DNA of 62,855 bases, filler included. It is 10 parts of 10 records of this genome, joined end to end, with 100 filler letters (N's around TTAATTAATTAA, not from the genome) between each part and the next. Parts side by side here need not be neighbours in the genome. Positions count along the whole stretch, not along the records: positions 1 to 4,068 come from SRR11831586_90; positions 4,169 to 8,803 come from SRR11831586_96; positions 8,904 to 14,401 come from SRR11831586_99; 7 more parts are not named here. One strand, given 5' to 3'. Of the stretch, positions 1-12,039 are shown one piece after another. Numbering within the stretch: the stretch's first letter is position 1; each line of letters starts with the position of its first letter. Made by a program: the position numbers and the translations under genes. The notes under the pieces are model-generated. The model saw only the letters and a program-made list of their open reading frames with translations. It was not told the origin of the DNA and searched no databases.

Positions 1-554
1 ACCTCCAGCGTACGCGAGGTAATCAACTGCGCCTGACGGAACAGCTCCGGCACCTGGATTGTCGCGGCCAGCGACGTATCTTTTACCAGGCTAATAAAGC
101 TGTTCGACAGCGGCGGCAACGCCACACGCGCCGCCTGTGGCAAAATCGCGCGACGCATGGTCTGCCACGGCGTCATACCAATACTGGCTGCCGCTTCCCA
201 CTGACCTTTATCAATAGAAGAAATGGCGGCGCGCAGCGTTTCGGCAGCATAGGCGGCAGTGTTCAACGACAGACCAATCATTGCTGACGGAATGGGATCT
301 AATTCGATACCAAACTGCGGCAGGCCGTAATAGATCATAAACAGTTGTGCGATGAGCGGCGTACCACGAAAAATAGAGATATAAAAACGCGCCAGCCAGC
401 GCACGGGCCAGATTGGCGACAGACGCATCAGCGCGAGAATAAACCCGAGCAGTAAGCCAAAAAACATGCCGCCGATACTGAGTTGCAGCGTATACCCAGC
501 CCCTTTCAGCAGGAACGGCAAGGAATCAATAACCAGTTGTATACTTTCTTGCAT
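1..554 (-). CDS. tcyL: Cystine ABC transporter permease (3' end runs off window)
   Basis: ATG at 554 reads MQESIQLVIDSLPFLLKG; contains RGTPLIAQL and the EAA loop; lies downstream of dcyD (yecS position). Confidence 0.93.
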   Translation of the reverse strand, partial: MQESIQLVIDSLPFLLKGAGYTLQLSIGGMFFGLLLGFILALMRLSPIWPVRWLARFYISIFRGTPLIAQLFMIYYGLPQFGIELDPIPSAMIGLSLNTAAYAAETLRAAISSIDKGQWEAAASIGMTPWQTMRRAILPQAARVALPPLSNSFISLVKDTSLAATIQVPELFRQAQLITSRTLE

Positions 555-568
555 GAGCGTTTCCGGAG

Positions 569-1648
<1,080 letters not shown>

Positions 1649-1660
1649 TCATTATGCTGA

Positions 1661-2461
1661 TTATTTGGTCACATCAGCACCAAACCATTTTTCGGAAAGG
1701 GCTTGCAGAGTGCCATCTTTTTGCATTTCCGCAATTGCATCATTCACTGCTTTCAGCAGGTCCTCATTTCCTTTACGCAGCGCCACGCCAGACTCCTGAC
1801 GGGAGAATGCTTCACCGGTTACTGCCAGCGTATCGTTGGTTTTCTTCACCAGATCCAGCGCCGCCAGACGATCAACGAGGATCGCATCGATACGCCCTAC
1901 GCGCAGATCCTGATATTTGGTCGGGTCATCATCATAGGTACGCACATCGACGCCCTGAACATTCTGCCGCAGCCACTCTTCATAGTTGGTGCCCAGACCG
2001 ACCCCCACTTTTTTGCCTTTCAGATCATCGGCTGTTTTAATGGTGCCTTCGTTACCTTTTTTCACCAGCGCCTGAATACCAGAAATGGTGTACGGGGTTG
2101 AGAAATCGTATTTTTTCTTGCGCTCATCAGAAATGGTGACCTGATTAATCACCACATCAATACGTTTAGAGTCCAGCGACGCCAGCATACCGTCCCATTT
2201 GGTCGGTTTTAGTGACGCCTCAACGCCAAGATGTTTTGCCAGCTGTTGGGCAAATTCCACTTCAAAACCGGTTAATTTGCCGTCATCTCCCTGAAAACTG
2301 AACGGCGGATAAGTTCCTTCCAGCCCTACCAGCAGCGTGCCGCGCTCTTTAACTTTATTAAGCAGACCTTCATCTGCAAAACTTTTAACGCTCATGCCCG
2401 CAACCAGCGCCACGGCCATCACACCCATCAATGCCTGACGTCCCAGATGTGCTAATTTCAT
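1661..2461 (-). CDS. fliY: Cystine ABC transporter periplasmic binding protein
   Basis: Start MKLAHLGRQ at 2461 gives 266 aa; signal peptide and SBP family 3 motifs (also called tcyJ). Confidence 0.96.
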   Translation of the reverse strand: MKLAHLGRQALMGVMAVALVAGMSVKSFADEGLLNKVKERGTLLVGLEGTYPPFSFQGDDGKLTGFEVEFAQQLAKHLGVEASLKPTKWDGMLASLDSKRIDVVINQVTISDERKKKYDFSTPYTISGIQALVKKGNEGTIKTADDLKGKKVGVGLGTNYEEWLRQNVQGVDVRTYDDDPTKYQDLRVGRIDAILVDRLAALDLVKKTNDTLAVTGEAFSRQESGVALRKGNEDLLKAVNDAIAEMQKDGTLQALSEKWFGADVTK

Positions 2462-2548
2462 ATTCACCCCGAATGTTGTTATGTCTGTTTGCAGTGTAGA
2501 GCCATTGTTTGTAAACACAAAAACAACTCCGCTACATCTTATTCTTAT

Positions 2549-3100
2549 TTAATATATATCAGAAGAAGGCAGGCTGGAGGATTTCTGCACAAGTCTGGTA
2601 CAGGTTTGGCGCTGATAGTGTTGATACTTCCGTAACGCGATGCGGTAATTGTTGGTGCTGGTGGTGGGCAGCCACGGGGCGAGGATTTCATCAAGGAAAC
2701 CGTCCTGCAGCTGATCGAGGGAAATATTTTGCTCGTGTAGATGATTCCCCAAACGGCGCAAACGAACGACATATTCACGCACCGTACCTGGGCTCATTTC
2801 AGTTTGCTCAAAAAGAAATTGCTTAAAGCCGATAATATCGAAAAAATCACTCTGCGTTTTGCAATGTAAATCACCGCAAAATCGGCACAATGCCGCCCAT
2901 GATTTTTGTTCCGTTTGCCAGCCATTTTCATCAAGCAGCGTGTCCAGGCGGGAAATCTCGATTTTATTCACTATTTTGCCGTCGCGAACTAAGGTAATGC
3001 GATCGAGTAATTTACGGCAATGCGCGCAATGGGTCTGGCTGTGTTTAAAGTCTTTAAGATAGCGGCTTAATGGCCGTCTTTTCAGGTGCTGCACCATCAT
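2549..3100 (-). CDS. fliZ: Regulator FliZ (RpoS antagonist)
   Basis: MMVQHLKRRPL, 183 aa, GGAG RBS, between fliA and fliY. Confidence 0.95.
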   Translation of the reverse strand: MMVQHLKRRPLSRYLKDFKHSQTHCAHCRKLLDRITLVRDGKIVNKIEISRLDTLLDENGWQTEQKSWAALCRFCGDLHCKTQSDFFDIIGFKQFLFEQTEMSPGTVREYVVRLRRLGNHLHEQNISLDQLQDGFLDEILAPWLPTTSTNNYRIALRKYQHYQRQTCTRLVQKSSSLPSSDIY

Positions 3101-3145
3101 TAAGAACTCCTGGTAGTCAAAGTTAAAGTGCGGCATTTACTGACG

Positions 3146-3865
3146 TTATAACTTACCCAGTTTAGTGCGTAACCGTTTAATAGCCTGGCTGTGTAACTGA
3201 CTGACCCGCGATTCCCCGACCTCCAGCACCGCGCCAATCTCTTTGAGATTCAGCTCTTCCTGGTAATAGAGGGTTAATACCAGTTTTTCGCGCTCCGGCA
3301 ACGTTTCGATGGCTTCCATCACCCGCTGGCGCAGATTACTGTCCAGTAGTTGTTGTAGCGGGTTTTCTCGCTGATGATCATCAGTAACCAGTTCGATGCT
3401 ATCGCCGTGCTCTTCGCGCCACTCATCGTAGGAGAAGAGCTGGCTGTTATTGGTGTCGAGCAACATTTGGCGATAATCGGCAATATCGATCCCTAAACGT
3501 TCCGCTACCTCAGTTTCCGTGGCGTTGCGGCCAAGTTCCTGCTCCAGTTGCCCTATTGCCTGTGCCACTTCACGCGCGTTGCGTCGCACGCTGCGCGGCA
3601 CCCAGTCACGGCTGCGAAGTTCATCCAGCATAGCGCCACGGATACGCTGCACTGCGTAAGTTGTAAATGCCGTTCCTTGTAGGGCGTCATAGCGTTCGAC
3701 GGCATTAAGTAACCCAATGCCGCCCGCCTGTAGCAGATCGTCAAGTTCCACGCTCGCGGGCAGTCGAACCTGCAGGCGCAATGCTTCGTGACGCACCAGC
3801 GGGACATAACGCTGCCACAGCGAGTGTTTATCCATTACACCTTCAGCGGTATAGAGTGAATTCAC
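3146..3865 (-). CDS. fliA: Flagellar sigma factor sigma-28
   Basis: 239 aa with sigma regions 2 and 4 (DDLLQAGGIGL; SRVSQLH). Confidence 0.98.
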   Translation of the reverse strand: MNSLYTAEGVMDKHSLWQRYVPLVRHEALRLQVRLPASVELDDLLQAGGIGLLNAVERYDALQGTAFTTYAVQRIRGAMLDELRSRDWVPRSVRRNAREVAQAIGQLEQELGRNATETEVAERLGIDIADYRQMLLDTNNSQLFSYDEWREEHGDSIELVTDDHQRENPLQQLLDSNLRQRVMEAIETLPEREKLVLTLYYQEELNLKEIGAVLEVGESRVSQLHSQAIKRLRTKLGKL

Positions 3866-3890
3866 GATAAACAGCCCTGCGTTATATGAG

Positions 3891-3920
3891 TTATCGGCAT
3901 GATTATCCGTTTCTGCAGGG
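3891..3920 (-). promoter_or_regulatory. Sigma-28 promoter of fliA
   Basis: Perfect GCCGATAA -10 box on the minus strand at 3891-3898; weak -35. Confidence 0.7.
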
Positions 3921-3986
3921 TTTTTAATCGGACGATTAGTGGGTGAAATGAGGGGTTATTTGGGGGTTACAGGTAAATTCCAGGCA

Positions 3987-4010
3987 GAAAAAACCCCGCC
4001 GGTGGCGGGG
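3987..4010 (-). terminator. Intrinsic terminator (fliC side)
   Basis: Minus strand CCCCGCC-ACC-GGCGGGG followed by T7. Confidence 0.8.
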
Positions 4011-4041
4011 AAGCACGTTGCTGACAAATTGCGCTTTATGT

Positions 4042-4068
4042 TGCCGGATGCGGCGTAAACGCCTTATC
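4042..4068. repeat. REP element truncated at contig end
   Basis: TGCCGGATGCGGCGTAAACGCCTTATC matches the REP consensus. Confidence 0.9.
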
Positions 4069-4168
4069 NNNNNNNNNNNNNNNNNNNNNNNNNNNNNNNN
4101 NNNNNNNNNNNNTTAATTAATTAANNNNNNNNNNNNNNNNNNNNNNNNNNNNNNNNNNNNNNNNNNNN
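4069..4168. other. Artificial contig linker
   Basis: 44 N + TTAATTAATTAA (stops in six frames) + 44 N. Confidence 0.99.
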
Positions 4169-4245
<77 letters not shown>

Positions 4246-4264
4246 CTGCTCCAGACGCCGCAAC

Positions 4265-4543
4265 TTACTGCTGTGACGCCTGCTGAAACAGGTTTTCCCA
4301 CATATCGGTCACCAGCGCCTGGTCACGCGGCGACAATTCACCAGCACCAATGGCTTTTTCCAGACTCTGGCTAACGGTCGTATGCACCGCCTGAGCGGAG
4401 TGGTCATCACCACTTTCCAGTTCTGCGATGGCTAATGTCAGGTGGCCACGCAAATACCCACTGGCAAACAACTCATCATCACTGGCATGGTCAACCATAC
4501 CGTCGATTAATGCCAGAATGCGTGATTCAAACTCCGCGATCAT
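4265..4543 (-). CDS. yfcL: YfcL family protein
   Basis: 92 aa [10 protein letters not shown]; synteny with epmC. Confidence 0.92.
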
Positions 4544-4576
4544 CTTCTTTCCTCATTGTAAAACGTGGCGCTGGCT

Positions 4577-5125
4577 TCAGTTGAGCGCTTCCGGCCACGG
4601 GAACTGTTCCGCCGTAAGTTCCGGCGTGTGATAATAATTTTGTAGTGCTTTAATGAAGCGTGCCGGACGTTCCGGAATGCCATTTGTCAGATAATCCATC
4701 ACCTGCGCATGTACTCGCCGTTGAAACACCACACGATCCGGTTCGAAATCCCCTTCCAGATTGTCGCAACTGACGTTAAACGGATATCCCGCCGCCACAC
4801 AGAACAACCAGTCGAGCGCCTGCGGCTTCACTTCAACATCTTCAAACTGGCTTTGCGTTTGGGCATCGCGTCCGTCCGGGCAATACCAGTAGCCGAAATC
4901 AACCAGCTCACGGCGCGCTTTCCCGGCAATACACCAGTGCGAAATCTCATGAATTGCGCTGGCATAAAAGCCATGAGCAAAGACGATTCGGTTATACGGT
5001 ACTTCCGCATCAGCAGGAAGATAGATCGGTTCGTCGTCGCCTTTAATCAGACGGGTATTAAAATCATCGGCAAAGCAGCTATTAAAAATTTCAATCAACT
5101 GCTCGTAGTGGTGTGTACTGTTCAT
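4577..5125 (-). CDS. epmC: Elongation factor P hydroxylase
   Basis: Start MNSTHHYEQ at 5125, 182 aa; HEISHW and DFGYWY motifs (yfcM). Confidence 0.94.
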   Translation of the reverse strand: MNSTHHYEQLIEIFNSCFADDFNTRLIKGDDEPIYLPADAEVPYNRIVFAHGFYASAIHEISHWCIAGKARRELVDFGYWYCPDGRDAQTQSQFEDVEVKPQALDWLFCVAAGYPFNVSCDNLEGDFEPDRVVFQRRVHAQVMDYLTNGIPERPARFIKALQNYYHTPELTAEQFPWPEALN

Positions 5126-5934
5126 TAGTTCATCCCCAACCAGTGGAGGATCTCCTGTCCGTGGCTGTCGTAAAGTAATTTGGCACTCATCACCGCCGAG
5201 ACGATAACAATCATCGGGCGGATCAGCTTTTGTCCTTTGCTCAACACCAGTCGTGAACCCATGCGCGCGCCGAGGAACTGCCCCACCAGCATGACAAAGC
5301 CCGTCGCCCAAATCACTTTGCCGCCGAGAATAAACAGCAGTAAACCGCCGATGTTTGACGTTGCGTTGAGTAATTTGGCGTGAGCCGTGGCTTTGGCGAG
5401 GTTAAATCCGCACAGCGTAACGAAGGCCAGCGCGTAAAACGACCCGGCAGCCGGGCCAAAGAATCCATCATAAAAACCGACGCAGCCACCGGCTATTAAC
5501 GCGAAGGGTAAACCGTACATCCGGCGCTGGCGGTCTTCTTCACCTAGCTTTGGCATCAGCAAGAAATAGAGGCCGATACAAATTACCAGAATGGGCAAAA
5601 TCTGCCGTAAGACATCAGCCTGAACGTATTGCACCAGCAGTGCGCCGCTCATTGAGCCGACAAAGGTCATGGCGATATTGAGTTTCTGATCGCTTAAACT
5701 AACCACTTTGCGGCGAATAAAGTAGATAGTAGCGGAAATAGAGCCGCCGCAGGCTTGCAGTTTATTGGTTGCCAGCGCATTAGCGGGAGACATCCCCGCT
5801 GCCATCAATGCCGGAATGGTGAGTAACCCACCGCCACCGGCAATCGAGTCGATAAATCCCGCCAGCATGGCGACAAAAAAGAGAACTCCCAGCAACAGCG
5901 GGGAAACCATAAACAGGCTATTAAACGTTTCCAT
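5125..5934 (-). CDS. yfcA: TauE/SafE (TSUP) family membrane protein
   Basis: 269 aa hydrophobic; AGFIDSIAGGGG and GFYDGFFGP. Confidence 0.94.
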   Translation of the reverse strand: METFNSLFMVSPLLLGVLFFVAMLAGFIDSIAGGGGLLTIPALMAAGMSPANALATNKLQACGGSISATIYFIRRKVVSLSDQKLNIAMTFVGSMSGALLVQYVQADVLRQILPILVICIGLYFLLMPKLGEEDRQRRMYGLPFALIAGGCVGFYDGFFGPAAGSFYALAFVTLCGFNLAKATAHAKLLNATSNIGGLLLFILGGKVIWATGFVMLVGQFLGARMGSRLVLSKGQKLIRPMIVIVSAVMSAKLLYDSHGQEILHWLGMN

Positions 5935-6758
5935 TAGATCACGTGCTCATCCAGTAGCGCCTGGCAGGAAGGCGGCAACGGAGGCGGTGTCTTCTTCTCA
6001 GGCTTTGTTGTTCCCGGTTTTGGAGGTTCAAACCAGCTTTGCAGTTCTGCCCCGCAACCATCGCCTGATGGCGGTAAAGGTTGATCTTCACACTCCAGAC
6101 TATCGGCAGGGCAACGTAATCGTACATGCATATGCGCGCGATGCTGGAACCAGGGTCGCACTTTGCGCAACCAGTCGCGATCGGTGCCCGCATCAAGGCA
6201 AAGTTGTTGTTTAATCGCCGGATTAACAAAAATGCGCGTGACGTCTTTGTCCTGGGCGGCGAGTTTGATCAAGCTGAAAATTTCTGGCTTCCACAGCGTG
6301 GAGACAACGTGTTTACCGTCGCGGGAAACTAAGTCCAGTGCTTGCGGGCGCAAGAGCTGCGCGGAGGTCCAGCGAGTTTTCGGCAGTTGCAGAAAGATAT
6401 CGACATCCAGTCCGGTCTGGTGGCTGGCATGACCGCCGTTGAAACGCCCACCAGCGGGCATCCCCATATCGCCAATCAGCACCGTACCCATGCCCAGATT
6501 GCTCACCTGGCTACTCAGACGCTGGATAAACATCACCAGATCCGGGTGACCGAAATAGCGACGCTGATCGGTACGCATGACCTGATAATGTTCGGACTGT
6601 ATCGGCAGCGTGTCAGCGCCGACAATACAGCCATTAGAAAAACTGCCTATCGATTGTGCGCTACCCGGCACAGGTTGGGTTATTTTTTGCCACGGCGTCG
6701 CTGCCAGGCTGGCGCTACTGGCAAGCAGAGCCAGCAGCGCAATCGCGGTTTTATTCAT
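5934..6758 (-). CDS. mepA: Penicillin-insensitive murein endopeptidase
   Basis: 274 aa with signal peptide, [11 protein letters not shown] and HMH zinc motifs. Confidence 0.96.
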
Positions 6759-6761
6759 TTT

Positions 6762-7847
6762 TTACCAGCGTGGAATATCAGTCTTCACATCGGCATTTTG
6801 CGCCCGTTGCCGTAACAGGTGATCCATTAAAACGATCGCCAGCATCGCTTCTGCGATCGGCACTGCGCGGATCCCGACACAGGGATCGTGACGGCCTTTG
6901 GTGATCATCTCAACTTCTTCGCCAAAGCGGTTAATGGTACGACCCGGCACGGTAATGCTGGAGGTCGGTTTCAGCGCCATATGGGCAATGATTTGCTGCC
7001 CGCTGCTGATACCGCCGAGAATGCCGCCCGCATGGTTGCTCTGGAAACCGTCTTTGGTGATTTCATCGCGGTTCTGGCTGCCGCGCAGCGCCACCACGTC
7101 AAAGCCGTCGCCAATTTCCACGCCTTTCACCGCGTTGATGCTCATCAGCGCATGGGCGATGTCAGCATCCAGGCGGTCAAAGACCGGCTCGCCAAGTCCG
7201 GCAGGAACGCCACTGGCAACAACGGTGACTTTAGCGCCGATGGAGTCGCCCTCTTTTTTCAGCGCACGCATCAACTCGTCTAACGCGTCGATTTTGTCGG
7301 GGTCCGGGCAAAAAAACGGATTTTGCTCGACCTGCGACCAGTCTTTGATATCCAGCGGAATGTCGCCCATCTGGGTCAGGCAGCCACGGATTTCAATACC
7401 AAATTTCTCGGCGAGATATTTTTTGGCAATAGCTCCTGCCGCCACGCGCATGGCGGTTTCGCGGGCGGAAGAACGTCCACCGCCGCGATAATCGCGCAGA
7501 CCGTATTTTTGTTCGTAGGTGTAATCGGCATGGCCTGGACGGAAAACGTCCTTAATCGCACTGTAATCCTGAGAGCGCTGGTCAGTGTTTTCGATCAACA
7601 AGCCAATGCTGGTGCCGGTAGTAACGCCTTCAAAAACACCGGAGAGAATTTTGACCTGATCCGGCTCGCGGCGCTGGGTGGTATAGCGCGATGTCCCAGG
7701 GCGACGACGGTCGAGGTCATGTTGCAGGTCCGCTTCCGTCAGCGGAATGCCTGGCGGAACACCATCGACGATGCAGCCGAGCGCCAGCCCGTGCGATTCG
7801 CCGAAGGTGGTTACGCGAAAGAGTTGTCCAATTGTGTTTCCAGCCAT
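6762..7847 (-). CDS. aroC: Chorismate synthase
   Basis: MAGNTIG start; [12 protein letters not shown] and RHDPC signatures; 361 aa. Confidence 0.98.
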   Translation of the reverse strand: MAGNTIGQLFRVTTFGESHGLALGCIVDGVPPGIPLTEADLQHDLDRRRPGTSRYTTQRREPDQVKILSGVFEGVTTGTSIGLLIENTDQRSQDYSAIKDVFRPGHADYTYEQKYGLRDYRGGGRSSARETAMRVAAGAIAKKYLAEKFGIEIRGCLTQMGDIPLDIKDWSQVEQNPFFCPDPDKIDALDELMRALKKEGDSIGAKVTVVASGVPAGLGEPVFDRLDADIAHALMSINAVKGVEIGDGFDVVALRGSQNRDEITKDGFQSNHAGGILGGISSGQQIIAHMALKPTSSITVPGRTINRFGEEVEMITKGRHDPCVGIRAVPIAEAMLAIVLMDHLLRQRAQNADVKTDIPRW

Positions 7848-7881
7848 CACGGCTCCGTTATTGTTGTGTTTGCGTGTTTAC

Positions 7882-8803
7882 TTAATCTTTATAAATCGCG
7901 AAATGTTCTCGTGCGGCAATAAGCTGCTCTTTGGTGAGCATAAACACACCATCGCCGCCGTTATCAAACTCCAGCCAGGTGAACGGAACATCCGGATATT
8001 GTTCCATAAGATGTACCATGCTGTTGCCGACTTCACAAATCAACACGCCATCATCAGCAAGGTAATCTGCCGCGTTACCGAGAATGCGACGCGTCAGTTT
8101 CAGGCCGTCAGTGCCAGATGCCAGGCCCAGTTCCGGCTCGTGGCGGTATTCGTTTGGCAGGTCGGACATATCTTCCGCATCGACATACGGCGGGTTAGTG
8201 ACAATCAGGTCGTACTGCACTTTCGGCAAGTCGCGGAACAGATCGGAACGAATCGGAATGACGTTGTGGATCAGACCGTGTTCTTCGATGTTCTGTTCAG
8301 CAACCGCCAGCGCGTCTGGAGAGATATCCACCGCGTCGACTTCTGCATCCGGGAAGGCATAAGCACAGGCAATGGCGATGCAGCCGCTACCAGTACACAT
8401 ATCTAAAATATGCTGCGGTTGCTTGCTGATAAGTCCGGCAAATTTATTGTTGATCAGTTCACCAATCGGCGAGCGCGGCACCAGCACGCGTTCATCGACG
8501 TAAAATTCATGGCCGCAGAACCACGCTTTGTTGGTCAGGTAAGCCACCGGAATGCGTTCATTGACGCGGCGGATCACGCGTTCAACAATACGGTGTTTTT
8601 CGCTGGAGGTCAGACGCGCGGTGCGCATATCTTCCGGAATATCCAGCGGCAGGTAGAGCGAAGGCAACACCAGCTGTACGGCTTCATCCCACGGGTTATC
8701 GGTACCGTGACCGTACCAGATATTTGCCGCGCTGAAGCGGCTCACCGACCAGCGCAACATGTCCTGAATGGTTTGCAGCTCATTTACTGCTTCATCAACG
8801 AAA
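7882..8803 (-). CDS. prmB: Ribosomal protein L3 N5-glutamine methyltransferase (start lost at contig end)
   Basis: [14 protein letters not shown] motif and NPPY; frame stays open to the linker. Confidence 0.96.
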
Positions 8804-8903
8804 NNNNNNNNNNNNNNNNNNNNNNNNNNNNNNNNNNNNNNNNNNNNTTAATTAATTAANNNNNNNNNNNNNNNNNNNNNNNNNNNNNNNNNNNNNNNNN
8901 NNN
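8804..8903. other. Artificial contig linker
   Basis: N44-TTAATTAATTAA-N44. Confidence 0.99.
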
Positions 8904-9499
<596 letters not shown>

Positions 9500-9523
9500 T
9501 CAGGATTGTCCTGCTGAACTGTT

Positions 9524-9638
9524 AATACAATTTGCGTGCCAATTTTTATCTTTTTGATTTATAAAGATCTGATTGAAGAATCAACAGCAACATGCCAGGA
9601 TGAGTTAGCGAATTACACTAACAAGTGGCGAATTTCAT
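9524..9638 (-). promoter_or_regulatory. Sigma-54 pspA promoter with IHF site and PspF upstream activating sequences
   Basis: Minus strand TTGGCACGCAAATTGTA (-24/-12) at about 9526-9542; AT-rich IHF-like tract; paired GCGAATT motifs at 9605-9638. Confidence 0.8.
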
Positions 9639-9639
9639 C

Positions 9640-10617
9640 ATGGCAGAATACAAAGATAATTTACTTGGTGAGGCGAACAGCTTTCTCGAAGTGCTGGAAC
9701 AGGTTTCGCATCTCGCACCGCTGGACAAACCGGTGCTCATCATCGGCGAACGCGGCACCGGTAAAGAGCTGATTGCCAGCCGCCTGCATTATCTCTCCTC
9801 CCGTTGGCAAGGGCCGTTTATTTCCCTTAACTGCGCGGCGTTAAATGAAAATCTGCTGGATTCCGAACTGTTTGGTCACGAAGCGGGGGCGTTTACCGGT
9901 GCGCAAAAACGTCATCCAGGGAGATTTGAACGTGCCGACGGCGGTACGCTATTTCTTGATGAACTCGCTACGGCACCGATGATGGTGCAGGAGAAATTAT
10001 TGCGCGTGATTGAGTACGGTGAACTGGAGCGCGTTGGCGGCAGCCAACCATTGCAGGTGAATGTGCGGTTGGTATGCGCGACGAATGCCGATCTCCCGGC
10101 GATGGTCAATGAAGGCACTTTTCGCGCTGACCTGCTCGACCGACTGGCTTTTGATGTTGTACAACTGCCACCACTGCGCGAGCGCGAAAGCGACATAATG
10201 TTGATGGCAGAATACTTTGCCATCCAGATGTGTCGGGAAATCAAGCTGCCTCTGTTCCCGGGGTTTACGGAGCGCGCCAGAGAAACATTGCTGAATTATC
10301 GTTGGCCGGGAAATATTCGTGAATTGAAAAACGTGGTGGAACGTTCAGTGTATCGCCACGGCACCAGCGATTATCCGCTTGATGACATCATTATTGATCC
10401 CTTTAAACGGCGTCCGCCTGAAGACGCTATCGCCGTTTCAGAAACCACCTCGCTTCCAACACTGCCGCTGGATTTACGTGAGTTTCAGATGCAGCAGGAA
10501 AAAGAGTTGCTGCAACTCAGTTTGCAACAAGGGAAATATAACCAGAAGCGCGCGGCTGAATTACTGGGGTTAACTTATCATCAGTTCCGCGCGTTGTTGA
10601 AAAAGCACCAGATTTAG
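9640..10617 (+). CDS. pspF: Sigma-54 enhancer-binding activator PspF
   Basis: MAEYKDNLL start, 325 aa; GERGTGKE, GAFTGA, WPGNIREL, C-terminal HTH. Confidence 0.97.
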   Translation: MAEYKDNLLGEANSFLEVLEQVSHLAPLDKPVLIIGERGTGKELIASRLHYLSSRWQGPFISLNCAALNENLLDSELFGHEAGAFTGAQKRHPGRFERADGGTLFLDELATAPMMVQEKLLRVIEYGELERVGGSQPLQVNVRLVCATNADLPAMVNEGTFRADLLDRLAFDVVQLPPLRERESDIMLMAEYFAIQMCREIKLPLFPGFTERARETLLNYRWPGNIRELKNVVERSVYRHGTSDYPLDDIIIDPFKRRPPEDAIAVSETTSLPTLPLDLREFQMQQEKELLQLSLQQGKYNQKRAAELLGLTYHQFRALLKKHQI

Positions 10618-10637
10618 CGAAGTTGAGCAATACAACT

Positions 10638-10720
10638 TGCCGGATGCGGCGTGAATGCTTTATTCGGCATACATAATCAATACGTCGTTTGCAGGCCTGA
10701 TAAGCGCAGCGCATCAGACA
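10638..10720. repeat. BIME-1/RIB element (two inverted REPs around an IHF-like site)
   Basis: Degenerate REP, AATCAATACGTCG spacer, inverted REP, between convergent pspF and puuE. Confidence 0.8.
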
Positions 10721-10736
10721 TTATTGCGTTGGGCTA

Positions 10737-12002
10737 TTAATCGCTCAGCGCATCCTGCAAAATTTTCATTGCCGCATCGAATTGCGCATCCGGGATGGTC
10801 AGCGGATACAGGAAGCGAATCACGTTGCCGTATGCGCCACAGGTCAGCAGGAGCAGCCCCTGCGCCAGCGCGCGTTGCTGGATTTTCTGTGCAATCGCCG
10901 CTGACGGCTCGCCCGTTTGCGGATCGTTAAACTCTACCGCAATCATCGACCCCAGGCCGCGTACCGCAGCAATGGCCGGAACGCTTTCTTTGGCATCAAT
11001 CAACGTGTTTTTGAGACGCTGGCCCAGTTGATTCGCGCGTTCGCAGAGTGATTCTTTGTCGATAATGTTGAGCACCGCGTGCGCGGCAGCCACCGCCAGC
11101 GGGTTACCGGCGTAGGTGCCGCCAAGCCCGCCCGGCGCGGGTGCGTCCATAATATTCGCGTTACCGACCACGCCCGAAAGCGGCATCCCGCCCGCGAGGC
11201 TTTTCGCCATCGTCATTAAATCCGGCTTATCGGCGTAATGATCCATGGCAAACAGCTTACCGGTACGCGCAAAGCCGCTTTGCACTTCATCAGCAATCAT
11301 CACAATACCGTGCTCGTCGCACAGGCGGCGAATAGCGGCAACCAGCTCTTTTGGCGCAACGTTGAAACCGCCCTCGCCCTGCACCGGTTCGAAAATAATC
11401 GCCGCCACCTGCTTCGCTTCGATGTCTGATTTAAACAAGCGTTCGATGGCGTCGAGGGAGTCCTGTGTTGAAATGCCGTGTAAATCTGACGGATAAGGTA
11501 CGTGATACACCGAACCAGGGAACGGGCCGAAGCCGATTTTGTACGGCGCAACTTTTCCGGTCAGCGCCATGGTCATATACGTACGACCGTGAAAGCCGCC
11601 GCTAAACGCAATCACGCCAGGGCGTCCGGTATGGGCGCGAGCAATTTTCACCGCGTTTTCCACCGCTTCCGCACCGGTGGTGAAGAACGCGGTTTTGGCC
11701 TGCCCGCTCACCGGGGCAAGGGCGTTGATTTTCTCCGCCAGGGTGACGTAGCTTTCATACGGCACAATCTGATACGCGGTGTGGGTAAACTGTTGCAGTT
11801 GCTGCTCCACCGCCGCGACCAGATCAGGGTGGCGATGTCCGGTATTCAGCACCGCAATGCCTGCGGCGAAATCGATGTACTCGTTGCCCTCAACATCCTT
11901 CAGCGTGGCGTTTTCAGCCGACTGGGCGAAGAAGTTACACATCACGCCAACCCCGCGCGGAGTGGCAGAAAGACGACGCTGATGGAATTCATTGTTGCTC
12001 AT
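10737..12002 (-). CDS. puuE: 4-aminobutyrate aminotransferase
   Basis: 421 aa class III aminotransferase (DEVQSGFARTG; AKSLAGG). Confidence 0.96.
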   Translation of the reverse strand: MSNNEFHQRRLSATPRGVGVMCNFFAQSAENATLKDVEGNEYIDFAAGIAVLNTGHRHPDLVAAVEQQLQQFTHTAYQIVPYESYVTLAEKINALAPVSGQAKTAFFTTGAEAVENAVKIARAHTGRPGVIAFSGGFHGRTYMTMALTGKVAPYKIGFGPFPGSVYHVPYPSDLHGISTQDSLDAIERLFKSDIEAKQVAAIIFEPVQGEGGFNVAPKELVAAIRRLCDEHGIVMIADEVQSGFARTGKLFAMDHYADKPDLMTMAKSLAGGMPLSGVVGNANIMDAPAPGGLGGTYAGNPLAVAAAHAVLNIIDKESLCERANQLGQRLKNTLIDAKESVPAIAAVRGLGSMIAVEFNDPQTGEPSAAIAQKIQQRALAQGLLLLTCGAYGNVIRFLYPLTIPDAQFDAAMKILQDALSD

Positions 12003-12039
12003 GTTTCACACCTTTTGACTCTTCACGGTTAATCGGAAA

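Noticed and set aside
4113-4124. Recurrent TTAATTAATTAA as a biological repeat, att site or CRISPR repeat
   Set aside because: It is always centred in exactly 88 N and places stops in all six frames, so it is an assembly linker
6888-8406. Long antisense ORFs over aroC and prmB (similar ones over polA, glnE, puu and rimO)
   Set aside because: Shadow frames of codon-biased genes, with no recognisable motifs
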